The position numbers and the translations under genes were made by a program. Below, piece after piece: positions 38,000 through 51,002 of a stretch of DNA of 64,000 nucleotides (its first letter is position 1; every line of letters begins with the position of its first letter). This DNA is from Camelus ferus (Eukaryota), in NCBI RefSeq assembly GCF_009834535.1, contig NC_045697.1, forward strand, positions 80,664,001 to 80,728,000, in the 5' to 3' direction. A model generated the notes under the pieces. The model was not told the DNA's origin, did not search any database, and saw only the letters and a list, made by a program, of their open reading frames with translations.

Positions 38000-38070
38000 T
38001 CATGTTATCCCCATTTTATAGATGGAGACAACCAAGATTAGAAAGATTAAATAATTTTCTCAAAGTCCTG
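38000..38070 (-). mobile_element. MIR core
   Basis: ttatccccattttatagatggagacaacca. Confidence 0.6.
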
Positions 38071-38675
38071 CTGCATCTACTTAACAAATATTATCCTGGT
38101 AAAGCTGGAAGGATTTACAATGTTAAGCAGATTAAGGGCAAGATTCTTAACAAGAAAATTAATATGTGTATTGAGCATATTGAGCATGAGTCCTCTACAA
38201 GTTGAGATAGATTCCCAAAATACATAAGGCAAGTAATCATAAAAAGAAGACAAAGAATTGGGTCTCTGTGTTCAACTGAAGTGCCAGTCTGCTCCACTAG
38301 GAAGCTCATCTTAAGAATCGATGGCAAGGAGGCTGAGCTGCTGAAAACTATTGCTCATGAATTCATGGCGTAGTTGGTGTAAGGAAATAAAAATTTGGAT
38401 TGTGAAATAGTATGTTAAATAGTAAGCAGGGATTTATAATAAAAAGCAATAGTCCATGCTCTTCCTCTTTAGCCTCTTAATTCTCATACCCAGAGCAATA
38501 CTTTTCAGCATTTTTGTTTCAGTTCTCCTGGCACGTACTCTTTTTCTTCCCAAATATAGTTACATATACCACTCTTTTAAATATCTCTATTGGTTAAGTT
38601 TATATAGGTAGTCAGCTACTTTGAAACCACTAAACTAATATCTTTCTTACTCCTTTTTTTCTCTTATAGCAGTTC

Positions 38676-39583
38676 TGTCATCATAGGTCAAAGGGTGGAA
38701 GTCAAATGGAATGTGGAGAATATGATGTAGATGGAGCGCCTGCCAGACAAGAAGGGGAGTAAATGACAGTCCTTTGCAGCAGTGGATTGTGGGAAAGAGG
38801 TTAGGGGGAGAAGCAGTAGACATACCTGTTTACACACTTTCCCCCAGCTCCCCATCCCTGGGGAAGGAGGGTGGAGGGTGGTTGAGGAAAAGCCAGACAG
38901 TGAGGCCTGTGGAAATGTGTTCTTGCACAAACACAGCAGTGTAGGCATGGAGGCTCAGTGTGGTTACGGAGAGAAAGAATGTAATTTATGACTGTGATAT
39001 AGAATCGATTTACAAGTTCCTCATGTCCTTTGGGGACGGAGAAGTAGCTGAGATGAAGACCAGCTGGCCTGCTATGGGGGCTACAGTGTGGAGGTTTGAG
39101 TGTGAACTAAGCCAAGGGCTGGAGGGGGCCTCTGCTGAGACCTGGAGGAATGGGCAGCCAGAGAGAGCCAAGGTGGGGCTAAGTCAAAAATAGCCAAGAG
39201 AACAGATACAGTTCTTCATTGCAAATGTTAACAGGGGAAGCCAGTGGGTACCCAGGCAGGTGAGGAACAACCCTGAGGAGATCTGAGGAGCTAGGGGAAT
39301 GCGGTACAAGAGCTCACAGAATCCTCTCACCCTCTCACAAAACTCTCCTACTTAGATTCCATATCAGGTTGGGGTTGGAGGGAAGGAAAGTACATGAAGG
39401 GGAAGAAATCATAAAGACAAGGCATTTATTTTGAATAAACTGAATTATTCAAAAGAAATAGGGTTAAACTGGCAACAATGGGTTTAACAGAAGCTTTGTT
39501 AGAGAGATTAGATCAATTTTAGGATTAAAAAAACTACATTATTTTTGTACTGCTGAGTGGTAGTGAGTCCATATTTCTGTACA
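38676..39583 (+). mobile_element. Ancient Gypsy-class LTR (MamGypLTR/LTR85-88-like)
   Basis: ~900-bp purine/GC-rich block with TG...CA ends, finishing aaactacattatttttgtactgctgagtggtagtgagtccatatttctgtaca. Confidence 0.5.
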
Positions 39584-39589
39584 AATTAT

Positions 39590-41010
39590 ATATTCAAACT
39601 TTTACTTATTATTCAGTGTCTTTTACTTTCTCAACTTGAAACTTGGAAACATTTTCTCTTTTGTCTTATGCTTTACTTTTCTCCCCCTTCCACTTCCCAA
39701 CAGCTGTCTGTGTACCTTTATATATATATGGTTAAAGTAGATAAAATCGCAATCTATTTTGTAATTACAATTAAATTTTTACAGCTTTCCTAAGAGTTGA
39801 TTCTAAAGGTACAAAATTTGGGAGCCATCTTTCTGCTTTGATGTATGTATTGCTTCGACTGTATTTCATGCCCTTAATTGAAGATCATTGAATTCCCTTT
39901 CCAGTTTGAGTAGTCTTTATATTTGGACTCTGATTATCTTGCATTGCCTTTTGCTTTCCTAGAATCTTACCTAAATGTTCTCTAGACCTGAATGAACACT
40001 TGTCCAATGGGACTTCCCTTTTTTCATCTCCTTGATTGGATCCTTTGTCTCCTATTTTATGTTTGCACCCTCATTTTTTCCAGAATAGATCCTTAAATAA
40101 ATTATGCAGAGAAGATATTTGGGAGATAAATGTTCTAAAATGCTTTACATATCTCATGATATCTCTGTTTTATCTACATATTTAATACTGATGTGGATGG
40201 ATATAGAATTCTGAAATAAAGTAACTTTTTCTACATTTTTGGAGGGGTTGCTTCCTTGTTCTGCCTGCAGTACATCAGATAGAAAGTGAGATGCCAGTGT
40301 GATTATCAATGCTTTGAACATAACATGTTTTTTTCTACTCTTTCTGGATGATTTTATTTTTTTTAAAAAATCTGGAGATAATTGACATATAACATTAGTC
40401 TCAGGTGTACAATATAATGATTCAGTATTTGTATATATTGTGAAATGATCACCATGATAATTCTAGTTAACTTTCATCATCAGTTACAATTTTTTTCTTG
40501 TGATCAGGACTTTTAAGATCTACTCTCTTAGAAATTTTCAAATATACAATACAGTATTATTAACTATAGTTCCTACTATAGTTATATATATAGTACAGTG
40601 CATTACATCCCCAATACTTACTTGTTTTATAATTGGAAGTTTGTCCCTTTTGACTCCTTCACCCATTTTTTCTACCCTCCCACTCCCAAGGATGATTTTA
40701 TTCTTGAGATACTTGAGTTTCATATTTCTGTGTCTAATTATAGGTCCTCTTTCATTTGTCCTGCTATTGATGGGTAGTCTCTTTCAATCTGAAGGCTTGT
40801 TTCTTCTTCAGCTGGGGAAATTTTACTTATTTTACTTTTAAAATGAATTCATCTTCTCAATTTTCTGTTTTTTTTTCTTCTGTTTGTTGCATTTCCTAGA
40901 TTTGTCTTCTGAATCTCTTTTTTTCCTCACATTTTTCATCTCTTGATTTTGTTTCCATTTCCTGGATGCTTTCCTAAACTTTGTATTCCAATTCTTCTAT
41001 TTATTTTTAA
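39590..41010 (-). mobile_element. Ancient HAL1/L1ME ORF1-region remnant (interrupted)
   Basis: ggatatagaattctg, gaaagtgagatgccagtgtgatt, cttcagctggggaaatttt antisense ORF1-like motifs. Confidence 0.55.
40359..40689 (-). mobile_element. Short 5'-truncated L1 (L1MA9-like) 3' end
   Basis: gagataattgacatataacattag...ttttaagatctactctcttag. Perfect TSD ggatgattttatt at 40346-40358 / 40690-40702. Confidence 0.85.
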
Positions 41011-41029
41011 TTGACCATCATATATTTAC

Positions 41030-42270
41030 TATATAGCACTGTAGTTAATAGCTCCAAACTGAAAACTACTCAAATGCTATCACCAATATGATTAATGCCA
41101 CACAATGGAATACAGTGGAATTCAGTGGGATTAATGCAGTATGTTAGATACAGTTCAGAAATATAATGTTGAATAAGATAAGCAAGTCATGAAAGAGTGT
41201 ATGCAGTATAATGCCAGTTTTATGAGGCTAAAAGAAACAAATGAAACTAACCTATGCTATTAGAAGTTAGAATATGAGTCACTTTTTTGGGGGAAAATAA
41301 AGAATCAAAAGAAGCAGGAAGGTCCCTGGGGACCAGGATGCTCTGTTTCTGTCTGTGACTGCTTATTACACAGGTGTGTACATTTTGTGAAGATTCATCA
41401 AGCTGTGCACTTTTCTGTATCTATACTATGCTTGAATGAAGAGTTTAAAAGAGTAATAATAAATTGGTAAAAATAATGTTGGCAATGTATTTTACACAAA
41501 ACGTTAATTCTTTAATAGCTACAGTGAGCTCTTCAAAATGAAAGTACCCTATTTAAAGTGTAAAAAAGGACAAGAAATTTTTTAAAAAATCATGAATATA
41601 TACAACTGACTAATAAAATTTTTAAAAGGTTAAAACTCATTGGTAAATGCAGAGTAAAATAGATAGGACACATACCTTAATTGGTAGGAGTGAAATGAGA
41701 GTGATGCTCCATGTTGGTCAAATTTTGGGCACATGAGCATTCTGAAATACTGCAGAGGAGATTAGTACTGGTAGAGACTCTTAAGAATGAACTGGCCATG
41801 ACAACAAAAAGCCAATTAAAGTGAGTACGCCACATCCTGTTGGTAAGATCTAGGAGTTTATCCTTAAGAATTAATTGTGGATGTTCATAAATGTTCCATT
41901 ATATCAATTATTTATCAAAGCCTGATTTATCAGAGAGAAAATTTTCTTAACAACTGAGACTAACAACGAGAGATGGGCTAATCAATTTGTTTTAAAGTTT
42001 CACAATAGAATCTTGTGCAACCTTTAAAAATGATCCTGTGGATGATTTCATTACATTCAAAGATGTTAAGGATTCATCATTAAGAAAAAAGTTCAAAAAC
42101 TATATAATTTTTAATATACTTTTTATACTTTTTATCCCTTGAAAGAGAATGAAATGGAAGTTACCAAGATGTTGGGTTTTATCTCTCACCAATAAATTAT
42201 AAGTCATTTTAATTTTCTTAATTTGTTTTATTTTCCAGATTATTTTCCAGATAATTAACCAAAAAGCATT
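41030..42270 (+). mobile_element. Ancient L1ME-type 3' ends (two pieces)
   Basis: atagcactgtagttaatagctccaaactg...ttgtgaagattcatcaagctgtgcacttttctgtat, followed by a more decayed L1 3' block. Confidence 0.6.
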
Positions 42271-44349
42271 TGTCATTTTTAAAAGATAAAAGATCTTCTA
42301 AAACTTTTGATATTTTGCTTTACAAGATAAATTATTTAGATTCACAGAACTCTCAGTTTTGCCTTTCTGTGACAAAATGTGTCTTGATAATTTTCATTCA
42401 TACAGTTTCTGGTGGTACTAAGTGCATCGTTTTACTTTTCATATGCTAGAAGATTATTTTTTATTCAAATTAAAGTAATTATGTTTTTAGAAGGAACAAA
42501 AAGCAAGAAAAATTTTGTCTCACGTACAGGGAGAAAGTCAAATTATATAATTCTAGCATGGAAGCAGTGAGCAGACAGATTAATTTTGGGTGTCTCTGCC
42601 ATTTAAGCATGCACCATAAATACTCCATTCAGTTCCTGGGCTAGGTACAGAGGCCAGATACACCACTGACTAATCATATGCAGGCTACAGAAAAGCAGGA
42701 CTGAGACTGACCAGGCTTCGGGTTCTGCATCTTTCTTTGGATAATTTAGGATTTAATCAATGGCATACATCAAGCCCTAAAGGTAATAACATTCCTAACT
42801 AAAAGCTGATGATTTAGTTATACAATCTTGGTAACAGTAGAAAGTGTGATATTAAAAGTTAAGATTATAATTGTGAGTCTGATTTTTTTAAGACTTTTTG
42901 CAGCATCTACATTTCGCTTAATTTTTTATTCATATGCAGTAAAACCACTGATGTAAAACAGTTGTGCTATTGCATGGATGCTTTTAGAAGTGTATTCTAC
43001 AAGTGCATAAAAAACAGGATGGTCTCTAGCAAGAGGCAAGAAAGAAAGTGCAAGAAGTAATATTGATAAGAGCATTTCTTAGAAATGTCTGTGTATTCTA
43101 AAATAGTTGATAATGCTAAATTAAGTCAATCAACTATATGATGTTACCTGAGTTGTCTTTTTTTCTTCTAAATCTGGTAAGTACAATATTTATATAAATA
43201 TAGTCTAATTTACCCCAACTTTCAAATGGTTAACCTAACATTTAAGTTCAAGCTACATTTGTGCTGCAGGTATGACTTTTAGGCCATGTAATGTTTTACA
43301 TTTTTATATTACTTAAGTTAATTTTAATTTTCATCTCCTATTTTATCAGCTGAAAGAAATTTAATCTTAGTTAGTTCAGGGTTCACCAACTCCTTGACCT
43401 GGGTTCCCATTAATTTCAGGGGCCTTACAGAGTGCCGAATCACAGGAGGCAAGGGCATCTGTTATTCAGGGTCCCCTCCATCCTGACGGCAGCTGCTGGG
43501 GCATCCTCACTGCCATCTGGTCTTTAGTCACTGGTCTCTGTGGGGAGCTGCTGAGTCATCCTTTGTCCCAAGCCCTATGCCTTGCCAGTTTTTCAGCTAC
43601 CTCCCAAACTTTCCTAAATTCTGTTGCACTTTAGGAAGCTGTGGATCTGGCTGAGGTTCATCACTTTGGCACCACTCTGGGATGTATAGAATCATTCTGC
43701 TCCTGGGATATGGGAATTCTATCTTCCATATCTCCACATTTTTGTTTGTAGTGATCACCAAAAGGTTTCATAAAGACTCACAAATGATCTTTAAATAATT
43801 TTCTAAAATTACCTAATTATAATATCATGTGTACTAATACAATATTTCTAGAAACAGATTTTCTCTACTCATTGCCCTCTCTTAAGTGAACACATTCTAG
43901 TCCCTCTGACATGTAAGGTATTGTGGTAGATACTGTCTGATGCCATTATCAGTATGGCATTTCTGAGTGTATGGGTATTGATAAAGTTAGAGAAGGAAAA
44001 TTATATGTTAATTGAATGTGATATTTTAAACATATTTTATTATATTAATTTTTTCCACCAAACTCATATGGTAGATAATATTATTTTTATTCTTACCTTA
44101 TAGATAAGAAAATTCATGCCCCGAGAGGGGTCATACAAACAAGAGACATTGGAACTTAATTGCACATAAATGTATCTGATTCCAAAGTCAGCGCTATTTC
44201 AATTCATCAATAGTGCTCATATGTTAGTGTATATAGTACCAATTTATTAAGAAGCAGATTCTTGGGTCCTATCCCTAGAGATATAGATGTAGTCAGTCAA
44301 AAGGGGGCACCAGGATCTGATTTTTAAGAAGAAATCCAACTAGTTTTTC

Positions 44350-44560
44350 TAAACTTGGCCACTGAGAGCTGTTTCAGTTGGCTCCTATGTTCCTTTGTCA
44401 TACTCCCATTGTTGTGTTTATTTTGAACATTTTCTTACTCTCTGGCACTATAAGACGTCTAAGTTTACCTTGTGTGTTTCCTGCTCCGATTCTAGAATTC
44501 ACTGTCTCTCCAAGAACTCTGGTTCCTTTTAATGGTTTAGAAACCAACATCTAGATGCTA
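44350..44560 (-). mobile_element. L1MC/MD-type 3' UTR fragment
   Basis: ttggccactgagagc...ttggctcctatgttcctttgtcatac...ctccaagaactctggttcctttta...gaaaccaacatctag. Confidence 0.7.
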
Positions 44561-44790
44561 AGAATTTGGACTTTTAATCAGAGTGGTCATTACAGAGTTT
44601 TGAGAGAAGAGTGATGTGTTATGATTTACAATTTTTAAAGTTTTCTCTAGCTGCCATATTAAACCAGCCTACAGGGGGGCAAGAGTGGGAGCTATCTGGG
44701 GTCTACTGCTGTTACCCAGGCCAGAAACGATGGTGTGAACTAAGTAGTAGGAGGGAAGTGGTGAGAGGTTGTTGGATTATGACCCTTTCA
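44560..44790 (-). mobile_element. L2 fragment
   Basis: gaatttggacttttaatc...gagagaagagtgatgtg...ctctagctgcc...ccaggccagaaacgatggtg. Confidence 0.6.
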
Positions 44791-45129
44791 GTTTGAAGAA
44801 AATTTGTCTCCACTTTTTTCTTCCTTTTCTTTTTAATTTTTTTCTTGTTCTAGGACTTTTATTATGTTGATATAAGTATCTCTTATTTATCTATCTCTTA
44901 AGTATATATTTTAATTTATTTGTCTTTTTCTGCCATTTTATGAATTTCTTATTCCAACCTTGTAACTCACTAGCTCATTCGTTAGCTATATCCCTTCTTT
45001 TACTTATCCCATTTGATATTGTGTCTTTTTTATCTCACCAATTATATCCCAAATTACTACTTACTAAATTTCTACTGCCACCTCATTTTCTGTTCCTATC
45101 CTTTGCTTAGTATTTTTCTTAAGGAATCA

Positions 45130-45315
45130 TTACCAGTTAATGTACTGTATTTTTTTCTCTTATTTTTTTCTCCTTTATTATCTGTCTCCCATTAGAATGA
45201 GTTCCATGAGGGCTGGGATTTTTGTCTTTTCTTTTTCCACTGCTCTATCCCCTGAACTTATTATAGTGTCTGAATACAGTAAGAGTTCAATAGATATTTT
45301 TTGAATGAGTCAGTT
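45130..45315 (+). mobile_element. L2 3' end
   Basis: ttagaatgagttccatgagggctgggatttttgtc...ccactgctctatcccc...tgaatgagt. Confidence 0.75.
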
Positions 45316-45759
45316 ATGGAATAGATGGTTCAGGTAATCTCGCATTTGAGAAGGGATGTGACAGTTTCATTAGGGCAATTTTCTGCTGCACTAGCTTTTG
45401 GAAAAATAATTTATTTCTTAGGCTACCCCAGAGATTATTATTAAATCATGTGCTTGGACTTAGGGGAGGCCACATTTGGGATCTGCCTTTTATATACAGT
45501 GCTGTACAAATACCTATGTCTGGGAAAGGTGATATAAGGAGGGTAAGCAGGAAATGTCAAATGGTGGGAAGTATAGCCGAAGACCTTATATTCTTATGCA
45601 GTCTGCTTTTGACTAGGCATAAGATTGTATAATTGTATCTTTGGCCTGGTAATTTTCCTAAATAGAGAGGAACTGGGAGTTATTTAGCCTCTGAACTAGG
45701 TGCCACTTAGGGAAGCTGGATGGAAAAGCACTTCTTTTATTTTATCTCCCCAGTATCAT

Positions 45760-45762
<3 letters not shown>

Positions 45763-45790
<28 letters not shown>
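45763..45790. repeat. Poly(T)28 homopolymer
   Basis: Directly visible uninterrupted T run. Confidence 0.95.
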
Positions 45791-47139
45791 GCATTTAATA
45801 GCTTCCATGTTGTTTTTGAAAACAGTAACACTTTTTTTTCTCTTTGCTTTGGGTATAACAAGACTGCATTGGCCAGGGGGAAGAAACAACTGATGAAGAT
45901 GAATTTTTTTCTTTTGGAAAACTTCCTCCACTGTACAGTCTCTTTGTTCTGATTCCCTATCACAAATTCTGTTGTAGAGAAGAGAGATTCCTTTAGAATA
46001 TCTTTATAAAATCTAAGGCTGCAAAACAGCACTATGTTTCCAAGACAATTTATATTGTGTTAACAGATCTGTTTCTCTTATAGACACACTCATAAAGGAG
46101 CACACAACGTGAATAAATCTGCATCTGTATACATCTAACTTAAACAGACTTTTCTAATGTTGTTTACCCACAAGTGAAAGCAAGGTGTTCTTCTCCTTAT
46201 GTGTTTGTTGTTGTTGCGTTTGCATTATCACTATTTCTTACTGATTGTCAATTTGTTTTCCTCTGCTCTTGCAGTCCTAACGACTGGTGCCGTTTGGGGT
46301 CTAATTACCCAAGCCATTCCCAATTACCTTTCCAATCTATTTTTTCTATAATGCCTAAAGCTTATGGCACTGCCCCAAATTGCTTGTTCAGCTTAGGTGC
46401 TTACTCAGCATATCTTCCTTCCACAAGCGGGTCACCTTCAATGAAGTCTCACTTTCCCTACAGAATGCTTTTCATTTGCATTTACATATGTCAGCCAAAT
46501 CCTGTCCTTTTGCACTTTGCATTTTAATTAAGGTTTCTTCACCATAAAGTAGCTGTAATTTATAGGGAAGTGGTCTGAAATACAAAGAAGAAATTAATAG
46601 GAAGACATATTTTAATGAACCATCCAACTATTTTTCCTTTTTCAACATTTTATTAAAACGCACAAATAATGTTTTCAGTCTAAAAGTGTTATGTTATTTC
46701 ATAGTAATTGAGTCTTCCCAGAGAGTACTTCTTAATTAAATGATGCATTTTAAAATTCCTTCATTAAGAAATGGCAGTAGTATTAGAACAGCTGAATTCC
46801 CATCTCCCCAAAGGGACAGTTAAATAGGTCCTTAGGATAAATAAGCCATATTTAACAATACTGAGGAAAAGTTACAGGAACAAGAAAGATACAGCTTTGA
46901 GTATAAGTTTAGCTTCTAGATTCTGGAAGGTGTTGTTTATCCCCATTAAGTGGGAGGGATTTTGAACAAGAGCTGGAAATTTTAGAGGACTTGCTCAGAA
47001 ATTGATTTATCAAGCAAATAAAATATATGTAAGGTATGGAAAAATTCAATATCAAGAGCAATAAGCTTGTCTGCTTATATATGTATATATATAGCTTGTG
47101 TCTGTCAATCTTTATATATTTATGCAAATGTATCTATAT

Positions 47140-48010
47140 CAAATACAGAATGATGTTCATTTCAAACACACATAGAATATTTACAATCATTTACAAATTG
47201 CTAATCTCCCTTAAAAGCACGAACAGTTTTCAAGAGATTAATCATACTGGCTAGATTCCCTAACCAGAATGCACTAATATTAAACATCAGTAATAAATGA
47301 TTAGCTATAAAATCCCCTGTGTGACTAGAAACGTTTTAAAAAATACTGAAAAACAATCTGGTTAAAGAGGAACTCAATAATTAAATTACTAAGCTTTTAG
47401 AACCAAATAGAAGGAAAACATTGTATGTCAAAATGTATGAAAAGTATTTAATTCAGCACTTAGGAAAAGTGATACATTTCATATATTTTTCACATACCAA
47501 AAATAATTGAAAAAATGAGATAAATATTCATTTCAAGAAGACTGAAAAAGAGCAACAGTAAACCCAAGGAAACAAGAATAAGATTTTTAAAAAAAGAATA
47601 GTTGCATGTATCAATTTCTGTCAATCAGATTGACAAACAGTTTATAAAACTGTCAAGGGTGTTGACAGGGGACCTTCATTCACTGCTGATATGATGAAAA
47701 CTGGTGAAAAGATGCTGAAGAACAATTTGGCAGTTAGTGAAGTGACGTATATCTATGTATGTATGTGTATATATACACATATGTGAATATGTACACTGCA
47801 ATTGCATCTTTAGTATAAACTGAAAACTTGAAAGTCTTGTAAAAGTACACACAGAGAATGTTCACTGCAGTGCTGTTTAGGGTAAACAGATGGAAATAGT
47901 ATGCTGTCTATGGCATAATAATCTTCATGTATTTTAAAAACCATATAAGACAACACTACTTATTTTTTGAGAATACATGTATTTAAATAAACGTAGTACA
48001 GAGTGGATTA
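47140..48010 (+). mobile_element. Ancient L1M ORF2 and 3' remnants
   Basis: tcatttcaaacacacatagaatatttaca, gaaaacattgtatgtcaaaatgtatg, aacaatttggcag. Confidence 0.55.
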
Positions 48011-48014
48011 GATG

Positions 48015-48220
48015 TTGTATTAGTTAAGAGACAGGCTAAGCTGCTATAACAAAGGGGCTCAAATATTTAGAGAAACAAATTAGATCAAAGTCTATTTTTT
48101 TCTTAAGCCAAAACTCAGAGGTAAGTAATTGCCTGCTGGCAGGTGGCTGTGCTATTAATACCTGGCTTCCAAGGTTGCTCTACATCCCCCCACCCGGCAG
48201 TAAGAATGTGCACCTTTGCA
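48015..48220 (-). mobile_element. Old MLT1 (J/K-like) LTR fragment
   Basis: tgtattagttaagagacaggctaagctgctataacaaa terminus. Confidence 0.6.
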
Positions 48221-50963
48221 GATGTAAGGCAACTATCAGGGCTTCTCTGTCTTCCAGTAGGACCTTTCAGCATGTTTTCTCTTGTTAAGCTGCTGTCAAT
48301 CTGACTGTCTGTAATGTGTTCTAATAACTGAATGACTGTCACTAATACTCAACCAAGTATAACCCAGTTCTTCTGTATTTTCTTTCCCATGAAAACCAAC
48401 ATTAAAAATTGACATTTTTAATTGGCAAGACTTTGGCACATGTGATACAATTTTGTGTACATTGATTTATTTCATTGAATTTGAAAACATGAGTGCAAAA
48501 CATTCATAATGCAAACACTAGAAAAAAAATCTTGCTTAGGAGTTTCTGAATTTCAGTATATTTCTTACATGAAGAGTGTCTTGGAATACTCCTTATGCTT
48601 GGTCAATCAGTATACTTCATCCTCCAACTACAGTGGGTCCTCTTGCTGACATCGATGTTTTGTCTTCATAGGACAGAACACAATTTGCATAGAATTAAAA
48701 ATCCACCTGGCTGTCATAGATATGTCAGACAGCAGTGAGCACAGAAATCTCACTTCTAATAGAGGCAGAATTCTGTCTAACTGGTAACACAGCTCCTGTT
48801 GTGTCTTGGTGTAAGGGTACAGTGCTTGGCTTCAAGTTCACGCTGATTATATCATCAGTCAATCAGTCAGTTGATTGGTGACTATTTGTCTCATCAGTGA
48901 AGGATCCAGCAGTTTGGTACTGTTCTTGTTCTGCCTCTGTATGGTGTTTAAGCAACTTATTACTATGTCATAGGACACAAGGAAGCATATTTTAAAAAAA
49001 TATATAGAAAATTAGTAGCTCAAGGAGCAGTGTTTAGAAATTTTTTAGGTTTATTTATAAGACATGGAAAATATTTTCCTGCATCACTGCATTTGATGTG
49101 CTCAGTTTAAATTATGTAATTCACTTGGTTTTCCCCTTTGAAAGCAATACAAGAATAATTGGCATTGACCCTGATTTTATTTATATTTGCGCCATGATTA
49201 ATAGCACAAAATAGTTAGCTTTATTTTCTTTGTCAGAATAGTTTTGATAAATGGGTTGCCTTCGTTATATGGTATGGACCTTGCTCTTCAACTTCTCTCA
49301 GTCTTAATGCTACCTCTGAACAAAATAGAAATTTATAGGTGACTGTCCAATCAGGCAAATAGATCAGTAAAAGAAAGATGACTCACACACACACACAACA
49401 CAAACTTTTCTTTGATGCACTTCTTTCCAAATATGGGTGAAATTTCCTGATATTCTACCTATTAGTGGGTTTGTAATGAATTTTTCTCTTTTTAATAAAA
49501 GATTTTATCGTAAAACATGTTTGAATTATTTTTCTTCAGTGAGGACTGAAGTGTGCTATTTTGCACATTAGAATAGAGAGCCATGCAAAAGGAACATGAT
49601 CACTGACTTTTTTCTGCTGCAGCCTTCTTGACAAGGCAAACTGCTCTAATATTAAGGTACTTGGAACCTGAAGTAGGCATCTGTACAGGGCACAGACCAT
49701 GGTGGGCAGCCACAGGAGTGCAGTTACCAGGGAGGTTTTGTCAAATCCTTTAAAGCTGGGCACAGCCAAAGGGTGTGGCCACTAGTGGCAGGATGACTTG
49801 AATGTTTGTGAGGCTTCTCCTGTAAAGACTGTCCTTGCATCCACACGGAAAAGAGAAAGTGCTTAATGTGGGAAGGGATATAGACTGTGACTTAGAGGTG
49901 TAAGTCACTGTCTTTCAGAAAAGTGTTGGGTTGGATGAAAGAGATAATGTGGTCACTAAACTGTTTGCTTCTAGTAATATTTGTTCTATTTCCATAAGCA
50001 GAAACAACTCCAAAGCCTATGAGCAGAGAGACAGGGCTTTAATGTCTTCGCACATAGCACTGCATTGAAATTGGCACTTTAAATGCTTATCTTAAGTATA
50101 TTTATGTCAAGTGGAATAATTAACATATGTGTACATTTACTTGTACTTACTGTGGTTAAAAAAAGTTTTCTACATGAATGGTTTTCCCAGACATCTGGGT
50201 ATGTACTCACTGCGGGTCCCCATGTTTTCTTCAGTATTTGTTAATGACAGTTCATGACAGTGCTTTCTATGATCCTTGCCTTCTAAAATTGCAATGAACA
50301 GATTTTGAGCTCTTCCCAGGGTCTCAGTGTGTTATAACCCAGGCTTGAGTGGTGGCAGAATGGGACAGCCAGAGGCTTGAGGTCAGACAGAGCCCTGGCA
50401 GTGGGATGAGAGTTGCTGTCAGCGAGCAATGGGAGAAGGCTGGGCAAGGGGACAGTGAGAATCAGTGATGAGCCACCCTGGGCAGCCTGCTTACAACAGG
50501 TAGAGAAGCCACATCAGGCCAACCTGGCAGGGAGCAATAGTTTGAAATTCAGGTAGATGTGATGGTGGCAGCAGGGAGTTCTGACCAGAAAGTATAGGGA
50601 TTCAGCCCCAGAGAGGGATCAAACACCCAGGAAAACTGGAGAATGAGGCAGGGTCTCGGAGGATCTGGAGCTCTGAATACAGGCTAGGCCAGTCACTAAT
50701 GTGGAGCATAAGACAACCCCCAGTGAAAGGTGAGAATGAAACTAGAAAATTGGCTTGGCTCCTCAAATCTTCATTATGCAAGATTAGGATTAACAAAACC
50801 AAATTTTTCAGTTTAGAATTTGGAAAATATTGAAGCTACAGGTAATAGTTTAAAGAGTTGAAGCAGCAAAGGGTAAGAGCTGATAAGCCAATCATTCTAT
50901 GGATGCTGTATGAACATCAGTCTCCTCATTCTGCTGGGACAGAGCTGGAGTCATTGCTAGCTG

Positions 50964-51002
50964 GCTATCATCTAGCCATCATCTAGCTATCATCTAGCTA
51001 TC
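50964..51002. repeat. 11-bp minisatellite (GCTATCATCTA) x3.5
   Basis: gctatcatcta gccatcatcta gctatcatcta gctatc. Confidence 0.85.

Noticed and set aside
43370..43740. GC-richer island as a promoter or CpG island
   Set aside because: CpG-poor; more likely an old repeat fragment that I cannot name.
45742..46032. Processed pseudogene ending at the poly(T)
   Set aside because: The ATTAAA lies only 3 nt from the tail, there is no clear TSD, and the peptide is unrecognisable; its Lys run simply encodes the homopolymer.
50964..51002. CRISPR-like array
   Set aside because: Contiguous 11-bp tandem units without spacers, in mammalian DNA.
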